Origin: Pedobacter sp. | Lineage (GTDB): Bacteria > Bacteroidota > Bacteroidia > Sphingobacteriales > Sphingobacteriaceae | Length of the DNA: 64,000 bases | Direction: 5' to 3' | Assembly (NCBI GenBank): GCA_014377775.1 | Contig: JACMOW010000248.1 | Location: forward strand, 16,966-80,965 | In this document: positions 1 through 8,230 of the stretch, piece after piece | How positions within the stretch are numbered: position 1 is the first letter of the stretch | Layout of the letters: every line of letters begins with the position of its first letter | The notes under the pieces: model-generated | Seen by the model: the letters and a program-made list of their open reading frames with translations, nothing else | The model's database searches: none | Told to the model about the DNA's origin: nothing | Program-made: the position numbers and the translations under genes

Positions 1-1893
1 CCAGAAGGAGGTAACTTAGTTGAGGGTGTAACGTCTATTGTAGCTTTTAAAGCTAATGATGAGTTTGGCAATGGATTATCATTAACTGCAAGCGTAATAT
101 CTTCAAAGGGCGATACGATTACTACGTTTCAAAGTACCGAAATGGGAATTGGTATTTTTACGTTTATGCCCTTAGCCAACGAGGATTATAAGGTTGAAGG
201 AACATATAATGATGAAAAATTCACTTCCGAACTACCAACTGTATTAAAAAAGGGTTTTTCGTTGCACCTCATCACAGATTCGGTAACAATAAAGGTTGCG
301 ATAAGTACAAATGAACTTTCGTTTAACGAATTACAAGGCAAACCCTTTTCCATTGTAATTAAACATGCTGGAGATAATGTGTATACAGGTTCGTCAAACT
401 TAACAAAATCTGCGATTTCGATTAGTATTCCAACTAAGGGTTTACCAGTAGGCCTAGCCGTTTTAACGTTAATCGACCATTTAGGGAGACCGAATTGTGA
501 GCGATTGGTGTATATACAATCTGTTAATAATATCAACTTTACAGTTAATTCAAATAAAACAACGTATAACTCTAGAGAGAGAGTTACCCTAAATATTAAG
601 GCAAGCGATTATCTTGGCGTACCTGTTAAGACAGTTTTTTCGCTTTCAGTAGTTGATGGACTAATTACAAACGATGCCACTAGTATAGTAAGTTATTTAA
701 CACTTCAATCTGAATTAAAGGGGGAAGTAAAAGATGCAGATCAATATTTTGATCCTCAGAACCTAGGAAGATTTAAGCAATTAGATTTGTTGTTATTAAC
801 CCAAGGTTGGAGGGAATATATATGGAGAAAACTTAATGATTCAAGTCTTTCGGTTAGTTTTATGCCTGAACCCGGTATCACTATCAAAGGCTCTGTAAGA
901 GAAAAAGTGGCCAATAAGCCCATGCTAAATATGAACATCACGCTGTTTGGATCTGATTTTATAGGAAATAAAATTTATCTTACCAAAACAGATGCTAGCG
1001 GAAATTATTTTCTCGATGGGTTAAACTGGTATGGAAATCAATCAGTAAAATTATCTTCACAAGATGCTAGGGCTAAAAAAGGAGGCTGGTTACAAATCGA
1101 TACGCTGTTTAAACCCCTGACAATGAAAATTAGAAAAACCAGTCCACTACAACTCCACACTCATTTAGAAGCAGAAATTGGTAAAAGAATAGCATACAAT
1201 AGGACCTATAAAAGGGGCGATTCAATTTTATTAGACGAGGTTAGCGTTGTAGGTGTAACCAATAAATTGGATTTGTTTAAAGAAAGGTTGATTTCCTTTG
1301 GCTACAAAGATCAGGTATATAACATTACTGCCGCCGATTACAACTATAAGGGTCTTGAGCATTTTTTATTGAACAGGGCTGAAGGTGCGATGCCGATTGA
1401 TGATGGGGACTCTTTGGGAAATGAAGGCGTCGTATTTATCGCCCAAGGAAAAAAAGTTAGGCCTACACTTATGATAAACAATAAAGACGATACACAAGAT
1501 CGTTTAGATTATTACAGTTTAACCATGGATCAAATTAATCAGGTTGTCATCAAACACATGTTAAATAGTGAAGGTCAAGACAGGTTTGTAATTAGCTTAA
1601 ATGTAAAGGATAGTGCTTTACGCGGACCTAGTCTTAATCTCTTAAATATTAATCTAAATGGATATTATACCGCAAGGACTTTTTATTCTCCAAATTACCC
1701 TATAAATCCGACCAATATCAAGGATTTACGAACCACTGTCTTTTGGGTTCCACTCGTAAAAACAAACGATAAAGGTGAGGCGACGATTTCTTATTTTAAC
1801 GGGGATAATACGGGAAATATGATAATTAAATCTAATGGAATTACAACAAATGGTGTAGCGGTTTCAGCAAAATCAATCTATAAAGTTCAATAA
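1..1893 (+). CDS. Bacteroidota MG2/macroglobulin-like protein with carboxypeptidase-regulatory-like and TonB-plug-like regions (5'-truncated by window edge)
   Basis: Frame is open from base 1 (PEGGNLVEGVTSIVAFKA...), so the ORF-track start at 142 is internal. Family-typical motifs LDLLLLTQGWR, LLDEVSVVG and C-terminal DLRTTVFWVP-KTNDKGEATISY; no beta-barrel. Confidence 0.65.
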   Translation, partial: PEGGNLVEGVTSIVAFKANDEFGNGLSLTASVISSKGDTITTFQSTEMGIGIFTFMPLANEDYKVEGTYNDEKFTSELPTVLKKGFSLHLITDSVTIKVAISTNELSFNELQGKPFSIVIKHAGDNVYTGSSNLTKSAISISIPTKGLPVGLAVLTLIDHLGRPNCERLVYIQSVNNINFTVNSNKTTYNSRERVTLNIKASDYLGVPVKTVFSLSVVDGLITNDATSIVSYLTLQSELKGEVKDADQYFDPQNLGRFKQLDLLLLTQGWREYIWRKLNDSSLSVSFMPEPGITIKGSVREKVANKPMLNMNITLFGSDFIGNKIYLTKTDASGNYFLDGLNWYGNQSVKLSSQDARAKKGGWLQIDTLFKPLTMKIRKTSPLQLHTHLEAEIGKRIAYNRTYKRGDSILLDEVSVVGVTNKLDLFKERLISFGYKDQVYNITAADYNYKGLEHFLLNRAEGAMPIDDGDSLGNEGVVFIAQGKKVRPTLMINNKDDTQDRLDYYSLTMDQINQVVIKHMLNSEGQDRFVISLNVKDSALRGPSLNLLNINLNGYYTARTFYSPNYPINPTNIKDLRTTVFWVPLVKTNDKGEATISYFNGDNTGNMIIKSNGITTNGVAVSAKSIYKVQ

Positions 1894-1921
1894 TATGAGT
1901 AAGGTGTGGATTTTGCCCAAT

Positions 1922-2131
1922 TATCCAGATAAAGAATAGTATTTGTATAACATGGTAAGTAATAGAACCGAATTAAGCGATTTGAGTAAAATGCAGCCTG
2001 AAAAAGTACAAGAAATGATCAATTTATACCAAAATTGGGCACAAAGCGCTAATGTAATTTCGTTTGAAAAATTAATTGCAAAAAAGGCGAAGGCTTGTAA
2101 CGACTTGTGCAGGATTGTACAGGAGAGTTAA
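1922..2131 (+). pseudogene. C-terminal remnant of an arylsulfatase-like gene
   Basis: Reads YPDKE*YLYNMVSNRTELSDLSKMQPEKVQEMINLYQNWA, resembling the sulfatase tail WELYxxxxDRTExxDL..PEKV. In-frame TAG at 1937-1939 sits where Trp is expected; no catalytic N-terminal part. Confidence 0.6.
2109..2128 (+). promoter_or_regulatory. RCAGG direct-repeat motif, putative operator
   Basis: GCAGGATTGT-ACAGGAGAGT, 10-bp period, ~55 bp upstream of the PL11 start; recurs at 8156, 20461 and (variant) 52106. Confidence 0.5.
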
Positions 2132-2181
2132 ACCCAATATTATTTGCATTTTGTCCTACCAAATTACTAACCAAATAGAAT

Positions 2182-4035
2182 ATGTATCGCACGCTCTTTA
2201 AATCTTCGATCTTATTTGCCTTTTTCATGGCGATGTGTGCGACATTGTTCGCTCAACGACAAATGGAAAAGCTAAATCGAGGAATGATCGCCATGAGACA
2301 AGGAACCGACTCAGTATATGTAGGCTGGCGCTTGTTAGGTACCGAACCCGATGATATTTCTTTTAACCTTTATCGTAAAACAGGCACGAAAGAAGCCATA
2401 AAACTTAATAAACTGCCTATTACGAAAAGTACAAATTATATAGATACGCAAGTAGATTTTGCTTTTTCACAAGCCTATTTTACCAAAGCTATACTTCAGG
2501 GCATAGAACAAGCGGCAAGTAAATTATTTGTACTGCCAGCCAATGTTGCTTCAAAACAATATTTAGAGATCGATTTAAAAACAATATCAGGCTACACCCC
2601 AAACGATATGTCTATCGGCGATTTGGATGGCGATGGTGAATATGATCTAGTTTTACACCAAGCCGGACGTGGACGTGATAACGCATCAAACGGCTTTACT
2701 GATCCTCCTATATTTCAAGCTTATAAATTGGATGGCACTTTTTTGTGGCAAATTAATTTGGGGAAAAATATTCGCGAAGGAGCTCATTATACTCAATTTA
2801 TTGTGTACGATTTGGATGGGGATGGCATTGCAGAGTTTGCCTGTAAAACGGCAGATGGTACAGTTGATGGAAAAGGAAAAGTGATTGGCGATTCGACGAA
2901 AAATTGGGTCAATAAAAATGGGAAAATTTTAGATGGCCCTGAATTTTTTACCATTTTTAGTGGGAAAACGGGAGAGGCCTTATCCACTACCGCTTACCTT
3001 CCCGCAAGAGGGGATATTAGTGGTTGGGGTGGAAAGGGTGGTAACGGCAAGAACGATTTTACGGGGAATCGTGTAGATCGATTTAATGCATGTGTAGCAT
3101 ACTTAGATGGTATTCGACCAAGTATCATCATGTGCAGAGGCTATTATGGCCGTACTGTTTTAGCAGCTTGGGATTGGAGAGATGGTAAATTAACTTCACG
3201 CTGGGTTTTCGATACAAAGGATGGTGACAATCCATACGCTGGGATGGGTAACCACGGCTTAAGCGTAGCGGATGTGGATAGCGATGGGAAAGACGAAATT
3301 GTGTATGGTGCTATGGTGGTTGATGACGATGGTAAGGGACTTTATACAACGGGTTTAAGACATGGTGATGCTTTACATGTTTCTGATTTGGATCCAGATA
3401 ACCCAGGTTTAGAAGTTTTTGGTGTTCACGAAATTGAAGAAGGAACAAAGGGCTTCGGTGCAGCAGTTTACGATGCAAAAACAGGAAAAATTTTATGGAA
3501 AGGCTCTGAAGATGAAGATGTAGGTAGAGGCGTGGCCGATAACATAGATAAAACCCGCACTGGTGCACAAATGTGGTGGGCAGGCTCTAATGGCCTATTC
3601 GATATGAAGGGAAATCGTGTGGGCGAACAGCCACGTTCTACTAATTTTTTAATTTATTGGGATGATGATTTATCCCGTGAGCTCTTAGATGGAAATCATA
3701 TAGACAAGTATAATGGAGGTCGGCTATTTACCGCCAATGGCTATTTATCAAATAATGGGACAAAATCTACCCCAGCTTTAAGTGCCGATCTTTTTGGTGA
3801 TTGGCGTGAAGAAGTAATTTTCCGCTCTTATGACAATAAAAGCTTGAGGATTTATACCACCATCATTCCAACGCAACACCGTACTTATACCTTAATGCAC
3901 GATCCGCAATATCGTTTAAGCATTGCCTGGCAAAATATTGGCTACAACCAGCCTCCGCACACTGGTTTTTATTTCGGAAATGGAATGAAAAAAGCACCAA
4001 AACCTAACATCATTTTAGTAGAACAAAAAAAGTAA
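2182..4035 (+). CDS. Rhamnogalacturonan lyase, family PL11 (YesW/YesX-like)
   Basis: Signal peptide; MEKLNRG start of mature protein; repeated DLDGDG Ca-binding loops; IREGAHYTQF; RGYY; C-terminal YNQPPH. Confidence 0.93.
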   Translation: MYRTLFKSSILFAFFMAMCATLFAQRQMEKLNRGMIAMRQGTDSVYVGWRLLGTEPDDISFNLYRKTGTKEAIKLNKLPITKSTNYIDTQVDFAFSQAYFTKAILQGIEQAASKLFVLPANVASKQYLEIDLKTISGYTPNDMSIGDLDGDGEYDLVLHQAGRGRDNASNGFTDPPIFQAYKLDGTFLWQINLGKNIREGAHYTQFIVYDLDGDGIAEFACKTADGTVDGKGKVIGDSTKNWVNKNGKILDGPEFFTIFSGKTGEALSTTAYLPARGDISGWGGKGGNGKNDFTGNRVDRFNACVAYLDGIRPSIIMCRGYYGRTVLAAWDWRDGKLTSRWVFDTKDGDNPYAGMGNHGLSVADVDSDGKDEIVYGAMVVDDDGKGLYTTGLRHGDALHVSDLDPDNPGLEVFGVHEIEEGTKGFGAAVYDAKTGKILWKGSEDEDVGRGVADNIDKTRTGAQMWWAGSNGLFDMKGNRVGEQPRSTNFLIYWDDDLSRELLDGNHIDKYNGGRLFTANGYLSNNGTKSTPALSADLFGDWREEVIFRSYDNKSLRIYTTIIPTQHRTYTLMHDPQYRLSIAWQNIGYNQPPHTGFYFGNGMKKAPKPNIILVEQKK

Positions 4036-6362
4036 TGAAAACTAAAAAACACAATTATTTTATAATCTTAGTCATCCTATCATTCATACATGTAACATCC
4101 TTAGCACAAGTAAGGGTCATCATCAACTTTGATAAAAATTGGACTTTTATTCAGGAAGATGCCAAAGATGCGATTAAGCCAATATTCGACGACTCGAAAT
4201 GGCGTAAATTAGACGTTCCACATGATTGGAGCATCGAAGGAGCTTATGATAAAGCAAATCTAACCGCCAGAGGTGGAGGCTACCTCCCTTCAGGAATTGG
4301 CTGGTACCGCAAAAAATTTGTGCTCGATGAAAAACTGGCAAAAAAGAAAGTAGTGATTGAATTTGATGGTGTAATGGCAAATAGTGATGTATATATTAAC
4401 GGTCATCACCTAGGCAAACGTCCTTATGGTTACATTAACTTCACATACGACCTAACCAAGCACTTAAATTTTGGGAAAGGAAATACAAATGTAATTGCCG
4501 TTAGAGCTGAAAATGCGGTACAACCCGCCTCTCGTTATTATACCGGAGCGGGTATTTATAGGCATGTTCGTTTACTAACTACCGACCTAGTCCATATTGA
4601 TAATTATGGTGTTTTCATTACTACAGAAGATGCTACAGCTGCAAAAGCAACGATTAAAGTGCAAACAAATGTGGTAAACGAGTCGTTAAAAACCGCCCAA
4701 ATTGCCATCGAAACTACTATTTTAGATCCAAGTGGTAAAGTAGTTAAAACTACTCAAAGCAAGCAAAATGTTGCTACTGGTCAAGCTTTCAATTTTACAC
4801 AAGATATTATAGTTGCCAATCCAAAACTTTGGGATTTAGAGAGTCCAAACTTATACAGCGCCTTATCTAAAATCAGTATTGCTGGAAATGTGATAGACGA
4901 TCAGGTAAATACTTTTGGAATTAGGGCATTTAAGTTCGATGCGGCCACTGGTTTTTGGTTAAACAGCAAGAATTTTAAATTAAAAGGTGCTTGTTTACAT
5001 CATGATGGTGGAGCAGTTGGTGCCGCAGTTCCATTAGCAATATGGGAATACAGGTTAAAATTATTAAAAGAAGTGGGTGTAAATGCCATTCGTACAGCCC
5101 ATAATCCAGTTGCGGCAGAGTTTTTAGATTTATGTGATCGAATGGGTTTTTTAGTGATGGACGAAACTTTCGATACTTGGAATTCGGCTAAAAACAACGG
5201 AGAAAAGGGTTATAATCAATTTTATACCGAGTGGTGGGAGCGAGATACTCGTGCTATGGTGGTGCGTGATCGTAACCATCCATCTATTGTGATTTATAGT
5301 GTTGGAAATGAAATTCACGACGATTTAAATAGCCCAGTAGGTTTTAAAAAATACAAAGACCAACAAGATTTGGTACACCTTTTAGATCCTAGTAGACCGG
5401 TAACGATGGCCTTATTTCGCCCTGCGAATTCAAAGGTGTACACCAATGGTTTTGCAGAGATTATGGATCTTGTAGGCCAGAATTATCGCGAAAATGAATT
5501 GGTAGCCTTACATGAGGCGAAGCCGAATTTGAAAGTAATCGGTACAGAAAATACACATGTATCAGTTCAATATCTTGCTTTAAGAGATAATCCTTTCATG
5601 GCAGGTCAGTTTTTATGGACAGGTTTTGATTACTTGGGAGAAGCAGACTGGCCTCAAATTACCAACGGACAAGGGCTATTTGATCGTGTGGGCAACTGGA
5701 AGCAACAAAGTTTACAGCGACAAAGTTGGTGGGCCGAACAACCTGTAGTTCACATTGTTAGAAAGGAAGATAATGCAGGCGCAGGTACATGGGTAAATAA
5801 CTGGACGCCAACGGATTTCGATACCTATGATGATGCAAAGGTGGCAGTATATAGTAATTGTACAGATGTAGAACTATTTTTAAATGAAAAATCATTAGGT
5901 TCCAAAACAAAGCCAGCCGATGATTCACCACGCGCATGGGATGTTACTTTTGAAAAAGGTACGCTGAAAGCGATTGGAAAAAACAACGCAAAAGTGGTGG
6001 TAAGCGAAGAGTTTAAAACTGCAGGTAAACCTGCGAAAGTGGTCTTAAGCGTGAATAAAAATTATATAAACAATACTTGGGATGATGTAGCATTTGTTAC
6101 GGCAAAGGTTTATGATGCAGATGGTAATTTTTGTCCAAATGCTGATGAATTAATTAAATTTAATATTTCGGGAGCAGGTTTTATTACAGCGGTTGATAAT
6201 GGGAATATTGCAAGTCACGAAATGTATAAAGCTACACAACGACATGCATATCGGGGAGTTTGTATCGCCTTGGTTAAAGCAAATCAACCTTTGGGTAAAA
6301 TAACAGTCAAAGCAACAGCTGATGGCTTGGTAGAAAGTTCAATAAGTTTAGAGATAAAATAA
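4035..6362 (+). CDS. GH2 glycoside hydrolase (beta-galactosidase-like, DUF4982 type)
   Basis: Signal peptide; PHDWSIE, FDGV, GIYRHV, NAIRTAHNP, acid/base SVGNE, probable nucleophile IGTE, WTGFDYLGE. Confidence 0.9.
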   Translation: MKTKKHNYFIILVILSFIHVTSLAQVRVIINFDKNWTFIQEDAKDAIKPIFDDSKWRKLDVPHDWSIEGAYDKANLTARGGGYLPSGIGWYRKKFVLDEKLAKKKVVIEFDGVMANSDVYINGHHLGKRPYGYINFTYDLTKHLNFGKGNTNVIAVRAENAVQPASRYYTGAGIYRHVRLLTTDLVHIDNYGVFITTEDATAAKATIKVQTNVVNESLKTAQIAIETTILDPSGKVVKTTQSKQNVATGQAFNFTQDIIVANPKLWDLESPNLYSALSKISIAGNVIDDQVNTFGIRAFKFDAATGFWLNSKNFKLKGACLHHDGGAVGAAVPLAIWEYRLKLLKEVGVNAIRTAHNPVAAEFLDLCDRMGFLVMDETFDTWNSAKNNGEKGYNQFYTEWWERDTRAMVVRDRNHPSIVIYSVGNEIHDDLNSPVGFKKYKDQQDLVHLLDPSRPVTMALFRPANSKVYTNGFAEIMDLVGQNYRENELVALHEAKPNLKVIGTENTHVSVQYLALRDNPFMAGQFLWTGFDYLGEADWPQITNGQGLFDRVGNWKQQSLQRQSWWAEQPVVHIVRKEDNAGAGTWVNNWTPTDFDTYDDAKVAVYSNCTDVELFLNEKSLGSKTKPADDSPRAWDVTFEKGTLKAIGKNNAKVVVSEEFKTAGKPAKVVLSVNKNYINNTWDDVAFVTAKVYDADGNFCPNADELIKFNISGAGFITAVDNGNIASHEMYKATQRHAYRGVCIALVKANQPLGKITVKATADGLVESSISLEIK

Positions 6363-7133
6363 ATGAAATTAAAATTAATTTTTATAATTGTAGGAATCAT
6401 CACGGTGATTTCCTCCTTCGCTTTTATTGCCCAACGCAAACCAACATTACACACCATCGGCGATTCGACCGTGCGCAATTCGAACAAAGAGACTTGGGGC
6501 TGGGGAACACCAATTGCGGCATTGTTCGATACCACTAAATTACACGTAGAGAACAATGCGATGGCGGGAAGAAGCACTAGAACATTTTTATCAGAGGGAA
6601 GATGGGATAAAGTTTTAGAAAGTTTAAAATCGGGCGACTTCGTAACCATGCAATTTGGACACAATGAAGGAAGTGTTCCCGATACTACAAAAGCGGGTAG
6701 AAGGGGAGTGCTAAGAGGTATTGGCAAAGAAACCAAAGAATTAATTTGGCCAGATGGAAAGAAAGAAACAGTTCATACCTATGGATGGTATATTAGAAAA
6801 TTTGTTCGCGAAACCAAAGCCAAAGGTGCTATTCCGATTGTAGTATCAATGATTCCTAGAAATCAGTTTAAGAACGGTAAAGTTGTACGTGCTGATAAAG
6901 ATTTTGGGAAATGGGCTGCAGAAGTAGCAAAAGAAGAAAACACTTTTTTTATAGATTTGAACAAAATTACAGCCGATAAATATGATGTCATGGGCGCAGA
7001 AAAAGTAAAAACTTTTTTTCCGGGTGATCATACCCATACAAACCTACAAGGAGCTATAGTGAATGCCGAATCGGTAGTTGAAGGGCTAAGAGGAGTTAAG
7101 GGTTGCCCATTGAATACATACTTACTTAATTAG
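6363..7133 (+). CDS. Rhamnogalacturonan acetylesterase (CE12, SGNH/GDSL)
   Basis: IGDST, AGRSTRTF, QFGHNE and DHTH blocks; signal peptide. Confidence 0.9.
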   Translation: MKLKLIFIIVGIITVISSFAFIAQRKPTLHTIGDSTVRNSNKETWGWGTPIAALFDTTKLHVENNAMAGRSTRTFLSEGRWDKVLESLKSGDFVTMQFGHNEGSVPDTTKAGRRGVLRGIGKETKELIWPDGKKETVHTYGWYIRKFVRETKAKGAIPIVVSMIPRNQFKNGKVVRADKDFGKWAAEVAKEENTFFIDLNKITADKYDVMGAEKVKTFFPGDHTHTNLQGAIVNAESVVEGLRGVKGCPLNTYLLN

Positions 7134-7289
7134 GGAATAGGGGGTTAACTATAGCGCTATTTGCAATGCTCAAAATTTACATATAGATAGAATTTATACC
7201 TCTATAGATAAAATCTAATCATGGTATTGAAACCTATAAGTAAGGACCCCATCCATTCCCATTTTCCCATTTCCAAAAAAAACAAACGA

Positions 7290-8072
7290 ATGAAAAAATT
7301 AAATCTTAGTCTTGTTACCGCATTAATCATCCTTTCTTCCTGCATCGTATTAAAGCAAGCAGATAAACCAACACTTTTTCTCATCGGCGATTCGACCGTT
7401 AAAAATGGCAAGGGGAATGGCGATGGTTCTTTATGGGGCTGGGGTAGTTTTATTTCCGAACTTTTCGATACGAATAAAATAACGATCGAGAATAATGCTT
7501 TAGGTGGAACAAGTAGCCGTACATTTCAAACCAATGGCTTATGGGAACCGGTTTTGTCCAAAATTAAAAAGGGCGATTTTGTAATGATGCAGTTTGGTCA
7601 TAATGATGGCAGTGCGCTAGATGATACCGCTCGCGCACGTGGAACCATAAAAGGCATCGGTACAGAAAGCAAAGAAACCTATAATCCAATCAAGAAAAAG
7701 CAAGAAGTAGTGTATACCTATGGCTGGTACCTCCGCAAATTTATCAATGATATTAAAGCAAAAGGTGCAACCCCAATTGTATGTTCGCCAATTCCACGTA
7801 ATCCAGTTAAGGATGGTTTAGTAGTATTGGGTAACGATAGTTATGCGAAATGGGCCGAAGAAATTGCCAAAGCAGAGAATGCAGATTTTATTCCTTTAAA
7901 TCAGTTAATCAAAGATAAATATGGGGTATCGAATACTGATATGGTTAGAACCTATTTTACTGAAAAGGACCATACCCATACGAACGAAGCAGGAGCAAAA
8001 TTAAATGCAGAAATGGTTGTTAAAGGTTTGAGAATGCTAGAAAATTCGAAACTTAAAGCTTATTTAAAATAA
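7290..8072 (+). CDS. Rhamnogalacturonan acetylesterase (CE12), probable lipoprotein
   Basis: IGDST, GGTSSRTF, QFGHND, DHTH. Start moved to ATG 7290 (MKKLNLSLVTALIILSSC), which gives a normal signal/lipobox. Confidence 0.88.
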   Translation: MKKLNLSLVTALIILSSCIVLKQADKPTLFLIGDSTVKNGKGNGDGSLWGWGSFISELFDTNKITIENNALGGTSSRTFQTNGLWEPVLSKIKKGDFVMMQFGHNDGSALDDTARARGTIKGIGTESKETYNPIKKKQEVVYTYGWYLRKFINDIKAKGATPIVCSPIPRNPVKDGLVVLGNDSYAKWAEEIAKAENADFIPLNQLIKDKYGVSNTDMVRTYFTEKDHTHTNEAGAKLNAEMVVKGLRMLENSKLKAYLK

Positions 8073-8155
8073 GATGCAACCTCAACCAAAAAGTAATCCT
8101 CCTATCACAAATATTTTACTTTTATTAATATTAAAATAAGTAATAGACAATATAT

Positions 8156-8175
8156 ACAGGACACTGCAGGTTGCC
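8156..8175 (+). promoter_or_regulatory. RCAGG direct-repeat motif, putative operator
   Basis: ACAGGACACT-GCAGGTTGCC, followed by TATATTTA at 8182-8189 (near-match to the Bacteroidota -7 element TAnnTTTG). Confidence 0.5.
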
Positions 8176-8230
8176 CATATCTATATTTAAACTTATTATA
8201 GTAGCTTAAATCAAATTTTTGCGTATTGAG

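Noticed and set aside
7134-7289. G-rich and C-rich ends of this spacer (GGGAATAGGGGG...CCCCATCCATTCCC) as a MITE, and the upstream ATG at 7221
   Set aside because: Complementarity is loose, with no clear target duplication or second copy; ATG 7290 gives a proper signal peptide.
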